A stretch of DNA of 64,000 bases. It comes from Acidilobaceae archaeon (lineage in GTDB: Archaea > Thermoproteota > Thermoprotei_A > Sulfolobales > Acidilobaceae). This document shows, one piece after another, positions 29,849 through 40,115 of the stretch (positions are counted from its first letter, which is position 1; each line of letters opens with the position of its first letter). The position numbers and the translations under genes were made by a program. The stretch spans positions 32,001-96,000 of the forward strand of contig JAWAWX010000001.1 of assembly GCA_038897215.1 (NCBI GenBank), read 5' to 3'. The notes beneath the pieces are model-generated. The model saw only the letters and a list, made by a program, of their open reading frames with translations. It was not told the origin of the DNA and searched no databases.

Positions 29849-30839
29849 GGTGCTCCAGCATCCCCCTCTCTAGTAGGTACTGGTAAGCGCTATATGAGGC
29901 TATTGCTCCCGTGGCGGCTGCGTTGATGACTTGCTTGAAGCCCTTCCACAAAGATATCACGTCTCCAGCTGCAAACAGCCCCGGGATGTTTGTCCTCATC
30001 CACTCGTCTACCTTCACGTATCCCTCGCTATCTAGCTCTACGCCGATCCTCCTAAGGAAGTCTACGGGGGGCTCGAAGCCTATCTCTACGAATACCCCGT
30101 CTACTTGCAGGATTTTCTCCTCGCCGGTCTCCAAGCTCTTCACTCTGACTGCCTTCACGGAGGCGTCTCCGAGGATCTCGGTTACCACAGAGCTCAAGAC
30201 GGGCTCTATGTTGCCTCTGGCTAGAGCCTCCTTGACTAAAGCGGGCTTAGCTCTAAACTCTCTCCTCCTGTGGACTAGGTAGACTTTCTCCACATAGCCG
30301 CTCAGGATGAGAGCCCCCTCTACCGCGGCATCACCGCCCCCCACGACGGCCACACTCTTCCTCCCCCTGAATAGAGGCGCGTCGCACACGGAGCAGTAGC
30401 TGACACCACGGCCGGCGAACTCAGCCTCGCCGGGCACGTTAAGCCTCCTCCTCCTCAAGCCTATGGCTAGTATCACGGCCTTAGCCTCCACGACCTCCCC
30501 TCTACTGCTAACTATCTTGAAGAGTCCTCCAGACCTCTCGATAGTCTCGACCTCAAACCCTGTCCTCACATCGACCCCAAAGAGCTCTAAGTGTTTTCGA
30601 AATAGTTGCACTAGCTCAGACGACTTTATTCTCAGGAGACCCGGGTAGTCGTCTATCCACTCAGTCTCATTCAGCAACCCCCCGAAGACTTTAGTTAAGA
30701 CCGCTGTCTTCAAGAGGAATCTCGAGGAGTAAATCGCGGCGGCGACGCCGGCCGGGCCTCCCCCAACTATGGCTACATCTAGTTGCTCTCTCCTCTCGAC
30801 CGCGGGCTTCTCTCTCCTCAGAGACAGCCTGAGAGACAT
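29829..30839 (-). CDS. trxB: thioredoxin reductase
   Basis: GGGPAG, GVSYCSVCD, VGGGDAA, FAAGD. Confidence 0.93.
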   Translation of the reverse strand: MSLRLSLRREKPAVERREQLDVAIVGGGPAGVAAAIYSSRFLLKTAVLTKVFGGLLNETEWIDDYPGLLRIKSSELVQLFRKHLELFGVDVRTGFEVETIERSGGLFKIVSSRGEVVEAKAVILAIGLRRRRLNVPGEAEFAGRGVSYCSVCDAPLFRGRKSVAVVGGGDAAVEGALILSGYVEKVYLVHRRREFRAKPALVKEALARGNIEPVLSSVVTEILGDASVKAVRVKSLETGEEKILQVDGVFVEIGFEPPVDFLRRIGVELDSEGYVKVDEWMRTNIPGLFAAGDVISLWKGFKQVINAAATGAIASYSAYQYLLERGMLEHHEQKER

Positions 30840-30931
30840 AGGGGCTCCACGCTCTCCAGCGTTCTAGACTGCGTGAGAGAAAGGGATAAGCTTGAGTTAG
30901 GAGAGAGTGTGCTAACGAGAGTAGCGGGGGC

Positions 30932-31207
30932 TTACTCAGACACTCTGTGCACGAACTCTACTTCGACCTGGTCTACTCCATCGACTCTAGACAGGACCTC
31001 CTCGATCTGGTCCGTGCCTCCCTCTACGTTCTCAGGCATTAGGAGCACTAGCCTCAAGACTCTGTAGCCGAACGCTATGGGTATCTCCATGTAGCTAGCT
31101 ATACTGTAGCCTGGTGGGAGAGAGTCCTCTATCCGCTTCAAGAGCACATCGAGGTCTAGGCTCACATCAGAGGGGAATACTCTAATACCCACAGCTATCC
31201 TAGCCAC
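30932..31207 (-). CDS. ef1b: translation elongation factor 1-beta
   Basis: PIAFGY, EGGTDQIEE; GTG 31207 after GGTGAGG. Confidence 0.93.
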   Translation of the reverse strand: MARIAVGIRVFPSDVSLDLDVLLKRIEDSLPPGYSIASYMEIPIAFGYRVLRLVLLMPENVEGGTDQIEEVLSRVDGVDQVEVEFVHRVSE

Positions 31208-31217
31208 GCGCCTCACC

Positions 31218-31430
31218 TCACGGGCCCTCGAAGCCGCAGTTAGGGCACTTGTAGGTATTCCCTTGGATTCTGCACTTATCGCATCTCCATATGACTACCA
31301 GCCCGCAGTTAGGGCACGAGAAGGAGACCCCGGGGTTTTTCGCGCTTATCGGCTTACCGCAGCTACTGCAAAGCGGGGGGTTCACGGTATCGTATATGGC
31401 TATACTCTTGCTCTCAGCTCTACTCATCAC
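31218..31430 (-). CDS. Zn-ribbon RNA-binding protein (DUF1610/HVO_2753-like)
   Basis: CSSC..FSCPNCG..WRCDKCR..YKCPNCGFEGP, upstream of EF-1beta. Confidence 0.93.
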   Translation of the reverse strand: MMSRAESKSIAIYDTVNPPLCSSCGKPISAKNPGVSFSCPNCGLVVIWRCDKCRIQGNTYKCPNCGFEGP

Positions 31431-31516
31431 CAGCTACCCACGCTTCCCTCGTGCTTACCCCTAATAAGCGTTATGAAAAGCTTCTCTACGACTAGTGGGA
31501 GGACTGGGGTTCGGGA

Positions 31517-32095
31517 GTGCCGCGCGTAGACGTGGGGCTCTACGCTATGGACCTGCTCTCATCCAGTGTTGATAAAGCTCTAGCAGGGGTAGATATTGAT
31601 AACTTTGTGAAGTGGGTTATTGAAGAGAGAGCTCTGGTAGTGACCTCCTCCTCTATCGTGACTGTTAGGGTAGAGCGGGAGAGAGTAGCTAGCATAGTCT
31701 TAGGTGTTGGGAGCGTGATATCTAAGAGTAAGCCGCCGCTAAGCCATGCCAGCATCTGGCAGATAGCATCTACTAGCTGGGTAGACGGTTGCGTGGCCTC
31801 AGAAGAGTCTAGAGTAGAGGTAGTAGAAGCCGGTTCTGTCATCGAGATAGAGGGGGTAGTGAGAGCTATAGATATCAGAGACCCGGTAGCTCTATCGATT
31901 AATGGTGTTAAAGGCCGTCACGCCATAGCCAGAGTTAGTGTCGATAGAGCAAGTGTTGTCGCAGTCGTCGATAACCTACCCGTGGTGGTCAGAGAAGGGC
32001 CCTACTACAGGATCGCTCTCCATGGCGGCCCTGCTCGCGATAGAGCTCTCCTCGTGGCTAGACTTGTTTCAGCATGCGGGGGCGCGAGTCGTTGA
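31517..32095 (+). CDS. hypothetical protein
   Basis: 192-aa ORF with host codon usage. Confidence 0.7.
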   Translation: MPRVDVGLYAMDLLSSSVDKALAGVDIDNFVKWVIEERALVVTSSSIVTVRVERERVASIVLGVGSVISKSKPPLSHASIWQIASTSWVDGCVASEESRVEVVEAGSVIEIEGVVRAIDIRDPVALSINGVKGRHAIARVSVDRASVVAVVDNLPVVVREGPYYRIALHGGPARDRALLVARLVSACGGASR

Positions 32096-32391
32096 AGTTA
32101 AGGAAGAGAGAGATAGCAGCAATACTGAAGTTAGTAGAGCGGTTTGGTGTAGCGAGTAGAGTGAATATAGGTCTAGCTATCGGCCTGCTCGAGGAAGAGG
32201 TTTGTATGAATAAGAAAACAGCTAGGAACACTATCAAGAGATTAGCCAAGTTTGGCTTCGTGCACGTCCTCAGAGACGACGAGGAGATCCTAGTCGAGAT
32301 AGAGGACCCTCTGCGAGTTTTGAAGAGGTATGTAGATGAGTATCTGGAGAAGAGGCTGAAGAGATGCAGAAAGCCGTCGGCGAAGACTTGA
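32092..32391 (+). CDS. winged-helix-like hypothetical protein
   Basis: TTGA start/stop overlap; KTARNTIKRLAKFGFV. Confidence 0.65.
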   Translation: MKLRKREIAAILKLVERFGVASRVNIGLAIGLLEEEVCMNKKTARNTIKRLAKFGFVHVLRDDEEILVEIEDPLRVLKRYVDEYLEKRLKRCRKPSAKT

Positions 32392-32569
32392 GTAGCTGTG
32401 TTCAAGCCGCGACCCTAGCCTCACTACTAGCTCTCTAGACGTACCGCTTAAAGCGAGTAGAGGTGGAGAGCAGAGACTAGCCTAGGCTATAGCTCGCTCT
32501 ACCTTACTCCAATAGCTGGATGGAGAGAGTAGAAGCGTGACTACCTCGAGGAAGGCGCGAGAGGTTGCT

Positions 32570-33058
32570 TCACTGCTCGTTTATAGTGTTCGCTAGGTTG
32601 TTTAAGGCCTTGTTGAAGCTAGCTGTGATTGATAGAATCACCGCATAGCCTAAGACTCGCGGGTCCGCGGTCGCATCTCTCTCACTCCATCCCAGCAGGT
32701 CGGATATCACTGCTACATCGCTCTCAGAGAGTCTCCCAACCCCCTTCACAGCATCCATGGCGTTCTTCAGGATCCTCGCTAGATTCTGCCAGCCTAGAGC
32801 ATCTACTACCTCGAATATGTCGAGAAGAGGGTAGTCTACGATCTTCATTGCTTCGCTGTAGAGAGGGCTCTTGACAGACTCGAGGATCGAGTCTAGAGCT
32901 CTAGCAGCCACATCTACGAGTTCTAGCCGCTTGTCGAGCGATGAGACTCTAGAAGCCATGTACGTGTTGAATGCGAAGACCTCGACATCACTGCTCCACT
33001 CGAGAGCTATACCGCTCTCTACTCCAGCTCTCTCAAGGGGTGAAGTCTCGAGAGCCAC
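32570..33058 (-). CDS. hypothetical protein
   Basis: 162-aa ORF. Confidence 0.65.
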   Translation of the reverse strand: MALETSPLERAGVESGIALEWSSDVEVFAFNTYMASRVSSLDKRLELVDVAARALDSILESVKSPLYSEAMKIVDYPLLDIFEVVDALGWQNLARILKNAMDAVKGVGRLSESDVAVISDLLGWSERDATADPRVLGYAVILSITASFNKALNNLANTINEQ

Positions 33059-33227
33059 GAAGAAGCACCATCACAGAACAGAGCAGTGAAGAGGGGAGTA
33101 AATGGGTGATCGCGCGTGAGACAAGCTTCCCCCCTTATTAGCTCCGGGCTCGCTCACTCCCCGCTATGCCTTAGCACTGTTTAAGCTTTAAGCTACGGAG
33201 TAGAAGCCGGTGTAGAGGTGTCTGTGT

Positions 33228-33608
33228 GTGAGAAAAGTCGTAGAGGTAGACCTCGGTAAATACAAGAGTCTAGAGCTGACAGTCGATGAGGCTGAGAAGC
33301 TACTGAAAGAAGTGTCCTCTATTCTAGGAGGAGAGTCTCAAGACTTAGAGGAGACGTACAGAATCCTCAGGAACTACGATGCGTTCTACGAGCTAGCTAA
33401 GAAGAAGTACAAAGACTACCTGGTCCCCTCGAAGAGCTTGAACGATATGATTAAAGGCACAGTGATAGTGGATAGAGTCAAGCTAGTAAAAGAGGGAGAC
33501 GTGAGGAAGGTCGTGCTAACTTTCGATAGACGCGTGAAAGAAGAGGTAATAGTGGCGGCTCTCCAGAAGCTAGGCTACTCGGTAGAGGTCGTGAAGCTGA
33601 GCAAGTAA
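33228..33608 (+). CDS. hypothetical protein
   Basis: 126-aa ORF with GAGGTG SD; upstream of rpo13. Confidence 0.75.
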   Translation: MRKVVEVDLGKYKSLELTVDEAEKLLKEVSSILGGESQDLEETYRILRNYDAFYELAKKKYKDYLVPSKSLNDMIKGTVIVDRVKLVKEGDVRKVVLTFDRRVKEEVIVAALQKLGYSVEVVKLSK

Positions 33609-33648
33609 TGCTTCGAGAAGCTAGTAGCTATCCCGAGGGGTTCACGGG

Positions 33649-34071
33649 ATGAGCGAGATAGAGGAGAGGATTGAGGGGGCTCCAGAAGAGGAGAGAAAAG
33701 AGGTTCTCCCAACGGCTGACGAAGAGAGCATAGTGCCAGAGGTGGGGGTAGAAGCATCTCAACTCGAGGAAGTCATAGTCTACGATGTGACCAAACCGGA
33801 GCTCCTAGAAGTGATGATAACAGCTTCAGACATACTGGAGAAAGCCGTAGCAGGAGCAATAAGTCTCGAGGAGGCTCGAAAACTATACGCTAAAAACGTC
33901 TTAGAGCCCATGAAGAAGCTCGTGGGAGAGCGCGTCATAGTCAAGGCCAAGAAGAGAGCTAGAAGAGTGAAAGCCGAAGTGAAAGCCGAGAAGCCCAAGA
34001 AAGCTAAGAAGAAGAAAACGAGCAAGAAAGCTAAGAAGAAGACCGGTAAGAAGGCTAAGACGGAAGGATAG
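33649..34071 (+). CDS. rpo13: RNA polymerase subunit Rpo13
   Basis: Acidic N-terminus, helical core GAISLEEARKLY, Lys-rich tail. Confidence 0.8.
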   Translation: MSEIEERIEGAPEEERKEVLPTADEESIVPEVGVEASQLEEVIVYDVTKPELLEVMITASDILEKAVAGAISLEEARKLYAKNVLEPMKKLVGERVIVKAKKRARRVKAEVKAEKPKKAKKKKTSKKAKKKTGKKAKTEG

Positions 34072-34075
34072 AGTT

Positions 34076-35527
34076 ATGGTTTTAGAGAAGCTGAGAGAGT
34101 TCGGTCAAAGCCTAGCCCCTGAGTGGGGCTCCGGGGGGTTATTCGGGCTAAAGTACCATAAGGGCGTTCTCTACTTCACTCTAGCTTTCGAAGGCAAGGC
34201 TTTCTTCCTATCAAGTGATAGAGAACTCGTCTACGACTTCGAGCTAGTAGGCTCAGGCTTGAGCTCTGGAGGCGATACCTACAACGCTGTAGACGTTAGA
34301 GACGATGAGATATTCTTCGGAGGCTGGGTCCACAAGCCTGTTAAGTGGCTCGAGAGAAGCGGGAGGAGAGTAATAGACTTCTCGAATAAGTATAGTCACG
34401 TGCACGTCTTCAATACCAAAGAGTGGAGTGTGAGCCTGCTCTGGAGCGAGACTCTAAGAGACCCCGATAGGTGGTGTGGAGAAGTCACAGACCTTGTATA
34501 CAACCCGGTGAGAGACTCTCTCCTCGTAGCTAGAGGCGACGGCTTCGAGAATCTCGGAGTCTACGAGCTCAACCTCTCGACTAGGAGAATGCATAGAGTG
34601 TCTGAGAGCACGGCCGTAAAGGGGTCCATTGTTGGTGACAACGTGTGCTTCGATATCAGCGGAGAGCTGGAGGAAGGCGTTATCGGCATCCAATGCTTTG
34701 ATGTCTACAGCTTGCGTAAGAGCTTTGAAATCAAACTCGAGGATATAGCTAAAATATCCATCGATGGGGGTGGAGCGAGACGCAGAGGCTCGGGCTACGC
34801 TATCTCAGCCTACTCTCGCTACCTCCACTTAGTGAGAGGCGGAGTGCTCATCGTAACCCCCGAGGCCGAGGAGGTGTACTTCATCCGCCTCCTAGACTTC
34901 GGGAATGCGGCGTACACTCAGCCCACGCCCCAGAGGTCCAACGCTGTAATCGTGGGGGGAGGAGTGCTAGCCCCCTTCAGCTCTTACTCGCACTCCGACG
35001 CCTCCCACCCCCTCCCCTCTCTAGCCCCCTCTCTACTCGTCTACCTAGCCCCGCCATCAGCCAGGATCGCTAGAGCTCTCGGAGCCAGGGTCACGTCGGC
35101 GACTAAGTTTGAGTCAGGAGTCCTCCTAGGCTACACGACACACCCGAACACTATGGGTCCCCAGGCTACTCTAGTCGAGTCGGGCAAGCGTGGCTTCACT
35201 CTAGTGCCCGAAGACTCTCTGCTAACTGGAGTAGCGAGCCCTCTCGTCATGCGCTTCAGAGGCGTAGACGTCGGCAGAGAGCACTTCGGAGGAGTGCCTC
35301 TACTCGGCTACAAGAAGAGGAGCCTCAGAGTAGTCGCTGGCAAGCTGAACAAGCTGACAGTATACGAGTACGACGCCGGGATACCGCCTCAACTAATCTC
35401 GGTAGAGTCTTACGCTGTGAAGAGTGGGGAGAGAGAAGAGATAGACTTGAGCGGCTTCAGCCCCATAGTCTCATTCAAGCTAGAAGAGGAAGACCCGAAG
35501 CTCTCGATCTACGTGAGCCTTGAGTAG
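34076..35527 (+). CDS. DUF2139-like conserved protein
   Basis: PEWGSGGLFGLKYHKGVLYFTLAFE, SGGDTYNAV, FGGWVH. Confidence 0.75.
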   Translation: MVLEKLREFGQSLAPEWGSGGLFGLKYHKGVLYFTLAFEGKAFFLSSDRELVYDFELVGSGLSSGGDTYNAVDVRDDEIFFGGWVHKPVKWLERSGRRVIDFSNKYSHVHVFNTKEWSVSLLWSETLRDPDRWCGEVTDLVYNPVRDSLLVARGDGFENLGVYELNLSTRRMHRVSESTAVKGSIVGDNVCFDISGELEEGVIGIQCFDVYSLRKSFEIKLEDIAKISIDGGGARRRGSGYAISAYSRYLHLVRGGVLIVTPEAEEVYFIRLLDFGNAAYTQPTPQRSNAVIVGGGVLAPFSSYSHSDASHPLPSLAPSLLVYLAPPSARIARALGARVTSATKFESGVLLGYTTHPNTMGPQATLVESGKRGFTLVPEDSLLTGVASPLVMRFRGVDVGREHFGGVPLLGYKKRSLRVVAGKLNKLTVYEYDAGIPPQLISVESYAVKSGEREEIDLSGFSPIVSFKLEEEDPKLSIYVSLE

Positions 35528-35625
35528 CCTCTACTCTAGAGCGAGGAGCTTGAAGACTCTCGGCTAGCATGAGTTAAAGCAAACCTATAACCTCTAATGT
35601 CTCTTAGAGCGAGAGGGGTCGATTT

Positions 35626-36246
35626 ATGGCTCAGCTGGAGGACTTCTTGAAGGCCACAGTGCTCGGCCTGAAGGTCAGAGAGGGAGTGGTTCTAGCTACC
35701 GATAGGAGGCTGACTCTCGGAGACTTCGTGATAAGCCGTAACGCCACCAAAGTCTTCCTACTCAAGGACAGAGTAGCGGTAGCCTTTGCCGGGCTCTATG
35801 GAGACATAGCTGGGCTCGTCAGGATTCTGGATTCCGAGGTGAGAGCCTACGAGACCATAGCCGGCTCTCCCCTTTCCATAAAGGCTATAGCTAAGAGGCT
35901 CTCGACGCTCCTCTACTCCTACAAGATGTTCCCCTTCGTGATCGAAGCAGTCGTAGGAGGCGTGGAGAGAACGGGAGAGCCTAGACTGTACTCGCTGGAT
36001 TCTCTAGGCTCTCTCCTAGAGGAGGAGTACGTGGCGGTCGGCTCTGGAGCAGCTACAGCACTAGGGCTCCTCGAGAGAGAGTATAGGAGCGATGTGAGCA
36101 TAGAGGAGGCAGAGAAGCTAGCGATCTCCGCTGTCAGAGCAGCCATAAGCCGCGACGTGGGTAGTGGAGATGGAATCGATGTAGTCAGCATAACCCCGAG
36201 CGGGGTTAGGAGGAGAAGCCTGTTCTTGAGGCTAGTAGAGTCGTGA
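35626..36246 (+). CDS. psmB: proteasome beta subunit, likely the non-catalytic paralogue
   Basis: VVLATDRR, GSG, RDVGSGDGID; K-A-T where active subunits have G-T-T. Confidence 0.92.
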   Translation: MAQLEDFLKATVLGLKVREGVVLATDRRLTLGDFVISRNATKVFLLKDRVAVAFAGLYGDIAGLVRILDSEVRAYETIAGSPLSIKAIAKRLSTLLYSYKMFPFVIEAVVGGVERTGEPRLYSLDSLGSLLEEEYVAVGSGAATALGLLEREYRSDVSIEEAEKLAISAVRAAISRDVGSGDGIDVVSITPSGVRRRSLFLRLVES

Positions 36247-36971
36247 GCTACTGCAAAGACCCTGCTTTCAAGTTCAGCCAAGATGTGGCTTCGAGAAGCC
36301 AGAAGCTCCTATCTTCTAAGCTTCTTCTAGAAGACCGCTTAGACAGCTTGAGAGTCGTAGCCGGGCTCGACGTATCCTACGCTAGGCTCGGAGACGTGGA
36401 GCTCGGCGTAGGAGTAGTCTCGCTTGTAGAGTGGAGCAACATGAAGCCTATTTCCAGTTTCTACACGATAAAGCCTATCTGCGTGCCATACATCCCGGGG
36501 CTCCTGGCGTTCAGAGAGATGGAGGTGCTAGCTCCTCTCGTCTCAAGAGTCGTGGACGAGGTCGACTTAATAGTAGTCGACGGCCACGGCATAGCTCACC
36601 CGAGGTACTTCGGGATAGCTTCACACATAGGTCTAGCGTTCGACAAGCCAAGCGTGGGCGTGGCTAAACACAAGCTGGTGGGAGTAGTCACTGTGGACAG
36701 CGGGAGGAAGGTAGTGATCCACGGTGGCAGGATCGTAGCCGAGGTCGTAGAGAGCGGGGGGAGAGAGCTCTACGTAAGCCCCGGCCATAGGGTATCGCTA
36801 GAGACAGCGGTAGCTCTAGTCTCCAGGATGATTCTCCGACCCGGAGAGCTCCCCGAGCCGACGCGTCTAGCCGACGTTATCTCAAAGAAAATCAAAGCTG
36901 AGATTCTGAAGAAGCAGAGACTCGACTCAGCGCTCTACGGTAGGGTTTTCGAGCTCAAGCCTCTCTATTAA
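36243..36971 (+). CDS. nfi: endonuclease V
   Basis: GLDVSY, PYIPGLLAFRE, DGHGIAHPR..GIASH, YVSPGH, PEPTRLAD. Confidence 0.95.
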   Translation: MSYCKDPAFKFSQDVASRSQKLLSSKLLLEDRLDSLRVVAGLDVSYARLGDVELGVGVVSLVEWSNMKPISSFYTIKPICVPYIPGLLAFREMEVLAPLVSRVVDEVDLIVVDGHGIAHPRYFGIASHIGLAFDKPSVGVAKHKLVGVVTVDSGRKVVIHGGRIVAEVVESGGRELYVSPGHRVSLETAVALVSRMILRPGELPEPTRLADVISKKIKAEILKKQRLDSALYGRVFELKPLY

Positions 36972-37088
36972 ATGCAATAGCTCTATATACTTTAAGAGGA
37001 GAGCTATATAGACTTCTTGGCGGCTTCTCTATTCATTACTGGAAGATATAATAGGGAAAGTAGGTCAGCTCTAGCCCGGCGACTGGTC

Positions 37089-38234
37089 GTGGATAAGAGA
37101 GTAATTGTAGCCTCTATAGTTCTATTGTTACTCCTAGGCGGGCTTGTCGGCGTTCTCCTGCTAAGAGAAGAGACAACCGGCGAGGAGGAAGGCGATACTG
37201 GCGAGCAAGATAGGGGGATAAACTGTGGGGTAGCTCGAGTCACGCTAGTAGGTGCTGGAGCCTCGTTCCTCCACCCCCAGGTAGACTTGTGGGCTAGAGA
37301 GTTCTCCAAGGTGTGCCCCAACGTGAGGATAGACTATTCTCCAATAGGGAGTGGAGCTGGGCAACGACAGTTCCTCGAGAAGGTTGTGGACTTCGCTGGA
37401 ACAGATCCGCCTCTCGTAGGCGACATATTTGAGAGAGCTCGCGCTGACCCCAGGGGGCTCATCCAGATTCCCGTAGTAGTGGGTGCTGTGGTAGTAGTCT
37501 ACAATATACCGGAGCTGGGCGGCGCTAAGCTCAGGCTGACGGGCGAGGTCATAGCTCTCATCTACCTAGGCGAGATCGAGTACTGGGACGACCCCAGGAT
37601 CGCGGCTCTCAACCCCGGCCTCAGGCTCCCGAACAAGCCCATAATAGCCGTCCACAGATCTGATGCGAGCGGCACCACGAACATATTCACGCAGTTCCTC
37701 TTCAAATCATCTGGAGGAATATGGCCGAGAGAGCTCGTAGGGCTTGCGGTGAACTGGCCTGTGGCAGAGAAGGGGAGAGCTCTGGGAGGTAAGGGGAACG
37801 CTGGAGTAGCCGAGATAGTGGCTAGAACCCCCTACTCTATAGGCTACCTCGAGTATTCTCACGCAGTCCTAGCTGGGCTACCCTGGGCTCTGATAAGGAA
37901 TAGAGATGGGGTCTTTGTCGATGCTACTCCAGAGACTATAGCGGCGGCAGCGGCTGGCGCGTACGCCTTCTTCCCAGTGCATCACGACGGAGACTTCTCG
38001 AGAGCGTGGAGCGAGGTGATCTTCGCCCCCGGCAGGAACGCCTACCCGATAGCCTCATTCTCGTTCCTCATATTCTACAGAACGTACCCAGCGGAGAAAA
38101 TCGATGCTATCAAAGCGTTCATCCAGTGGATTATGACAGAGGGCTCTAAGCACATGGTCCAAGGCTATGTGGCTATGCCGCAAGAGGTGAGAGAGTATAA
38201 TTTAAGAGCTGTTGAGCTAATCAGGTCGAGCTAG
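37089..38234 (+). CDS. pstS: phosphate ABC transporter substrate-binding protein
   Basis: GAGASF, GSGAG, DFAGTD, HRSDASGTT. Confidence 0.95.
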   Translation: MDKRVIVASIVLLLLLGGLVGVLLLREETTGEEEGDTGEQDRGINCGVARVTLVGAGASFLHPQVDLWAREFSKVCPNVRIDYSPIGSGAGQRQFLEKVVDFAGTDPPLVGDIFERARADPRGLIQIPVVVGAVVVVYNIPELGGAKLRLTGEVIALIYLGEIEYWDDPRIAALNPGLRLPNKPIIAVHRSDASGTTNIFTQFLFKSSGGIWPRELVGLAVNWPVAEKGRALGGKGNAGVAEIVARTPYSIGYLEYSHAVLAGLPWALIRNRDGVFVDATPETIAAAAAGAYAFFPVHHDGDFSRAWSEVIFAPGRNAYPIASFSFLIFYRTYPAEKIDAIKAFIQWIMTEGSKHMVQGYVAMPQEVREYNLRAVELIRSS

Positions 38235-38240
38235 GCGGTA

Positions 38241-39242
38241 GTGTTGAGCGAGGCTTTGCGCAAAAGGCTTCCACTCTCACACTTACCCTTACACGATAAG
38301 ATCTTCTTCCTCACATTCTCGGCTCCTGTTATCATAGTCTCTAGCGTGCTCTTCCTGCTATTCATGGTGTTGCTACTCGAGAGCATCCCCGTGCTGAGAA
38401 TTCAGGGTATCTCCACCTACATATCCACAACGTGGAGGCCCTCTATAGAGCCTCCTCCCTCAGTTGGCTTCTTCGAGATCTACTTCACGGCACCCCCGGG
38501 AGCTAGTGCTTGGTACGGGTTGCTGCCAGCTATAGCTGGCACCTTCATTACTTCTCTGGTAGCCATCATGGTCTCTCTGCCGCTCTCCATATCGCTAGTC
38601 GTGTTCATGGAGGAGATTCTCCCTAAGGGGCTCAAGGAACCGGTGGCTCTAGTAGTGGACTTGATGGCGGGAATGCCGACGATCCTCTTCGGAGTCTGGG
38701 GGCTCAGCGTCCTAGGGCCCTTCCTGGCTAGGCATGTGGCTCCCCTCCTCCACGACTACCTAGGCTTCCTGCCTCTATTCTCCTGTGCTCCTCTCACCGG
38801 CTACAACGCTCTGACAGCTGGGATTCTCCTCGGCATAATGATACTGCCTTTCATGACAGCCATCATTCAAGAGTCGTACAGATCCATACCCTACACTTAC
38901 AGAGAAGCGGCTTGGAGCATAGGCTTGACTCGCTTCGAGTACGTTAGCTTGAACATGTCGATGATATCGCCAGCCATAGTCTCAGCGGTGTTGCTCGGTC
39001 TCGGGAGGGCTATGAGTGAGACAGCTGCAGTAGCTCTGGTAGTAGGGAACGTCCACAATCTAACAACATGCGTTCTAAGCCCTATGTTCACTGTGACCTC
39101 TCTCATAGCAAACAAGTTCGCTGAAGCCGCGCTATACCCCTATCTCTCCAACGCTCTCTTCGCTGGCGGCTTCCTGCTACTAGCTTTCGGCCTGGTGATA
39201 AACACAGCAGGGCTTCTCTACATGAGGAAAGTCAGGTTCTAG
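38241..39242 (+). CDS. pstC: phosphate ABC transporter permease
   Basis: DLMAGMPTILFGVWG, LGRAMSETAAV. Confidence 0.93.
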   Translation: MLSEALRKRLPLSHLPLHDKIFFLTFSAPVIIVSSVLFLLFMVLLLESIPVLRIQGISTYISTTWRPSIEPPPSVGFFEIYFTAPPGASAWYGLLPAIAGTFITSLVAIMVSLPLSISLVVFMEEILPKGLKEPVALVVDLMAGMPTILFGVWGLSVLGPFLARHVAPLLHDYLGFLPLFSCAPLTGYNALTAGILLGIMILPFMTAIIQESYRSIPYTYREAAWSIGLTRFEYVSLNMSMISPAIVSAVLLGLGRAMSETAAVALVVGNVHNLTTCVLSPMFTVTSLIANKFAEAALYPYLSNALFAGGFLLLAFGLVINTAGLLYMRKVRF

Positions 39243-39252
39243 GTGGTGCCGC

Positions 39253-40095
39253 GTGGATAGGCGGAAGCTAGTCGATAAAGTCTTCGTAATCGTCGTCTGC
39301 CTGCTAGCGGTGACCGCTCTAGCGCCAGTGTTCCACATAATCTTCTACATAACCTACAGAGGCCTACCGGTCATACTAGAGAGTGGGCTAGAGTTCTTCA
39401 CGTCGATACCGGCTCCGGTAGTCTCCCCCAAGCCCGGCGGGATAGCCCCGGCTCTAGTGGGGACTATCCTGATGTCAGCTCTAGCCACGGTCATAGCGGT
39501 CCCCCTCTCGGTAGCGGCGGCGGTATTCGCCACAGAGTTTCCTAACAGCTCGCTAGCCAGGTCTGTTAGAGCTACAGCCAGGTCGCTCATAGAGATACCA
39601 ACGATACTGATAGGGATGCTAGTCTTCGTCCTCCTAGTAGTCCCCCTGGGGCAGTACACGGGCCTCGCGGGAGCCATGGCTCTAGCTATAGTCATGGTGC
39701 CCTACGTCTACACCTACACTGAGCAAGCTCTCCAGCAGGTGCCGAGAACCTACATCGAAGCAGGGTACAGCATAGGACTCAAGAGGCTCCAGGTAGTCTC
39801 GATAGTCTCTATGAGGATTGCCGCTAGAGGAGTCGCTAGAGGGGTAACAATAGGGATCTCTAAGGCTGTAGGCGAGACAGCTCCGCTGATCTTCACAGTA
39901 CTGGGTATCAGGAGCGCTGTAAACTTCAACCCGCTAGAGCCCATGGATGCAGTGCCTCTTCTGATCTTCCAGTTCATCCAAACCCCCTTCGTCAACTGGC
40001 AGAAGCTAGCCTGGGGCGCGGCGTTCACTCTGCTAGTCATGTATCTTGCGATCTTCATAGTGTCCAGGATCCTGATTAGAGAGGTTAGGCGCTAG
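39253..40095 (+). CDS. pstA: phosphate ABC transporter permease
   Basis: GGIAPALVGT, GETAPLIFT, AWGAA. Confidence 0.93.
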   Translation: MDRRKLVDKVFVIVVCLLAVTALAPVFHIIFYITYRGLPVILESGLEFFTSIPAPVVSPKPGGIAPALVGTILMSALATVIAVPLSVAAAVFATEFPNSSLARSVRATARSLIEIPTILIGMLVFVLLVVPLGQYTGLAGAMALAIVMVPYVYTYTEQALQQVPRTYIEAGYSIGLKRLQVVSIVSMRIAARGVARGVTIGISKAVGETAPLIFTVLGIRSAVNFNPLEPMDAVPLLIFQFIQTPFVNWQKLAWGAAFTLLVMYLAIFIVSRILIREVRR

Positions 40096-40115
40096 TAGGG
40101 GGAGCCTCGGGGGCT

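Noticed and set aside
33086-33137. GTGAAGA...GTGA...CTTA C/D-like pattern
   Set aside because: The C' and D boxes are too degenerate and no target is evident.
35626-36246. Proteasome beta subunit lacking Thr1 as a novelty
   Set aside because: A non-catalytic second beta paralogue is already known in crenarchaea.
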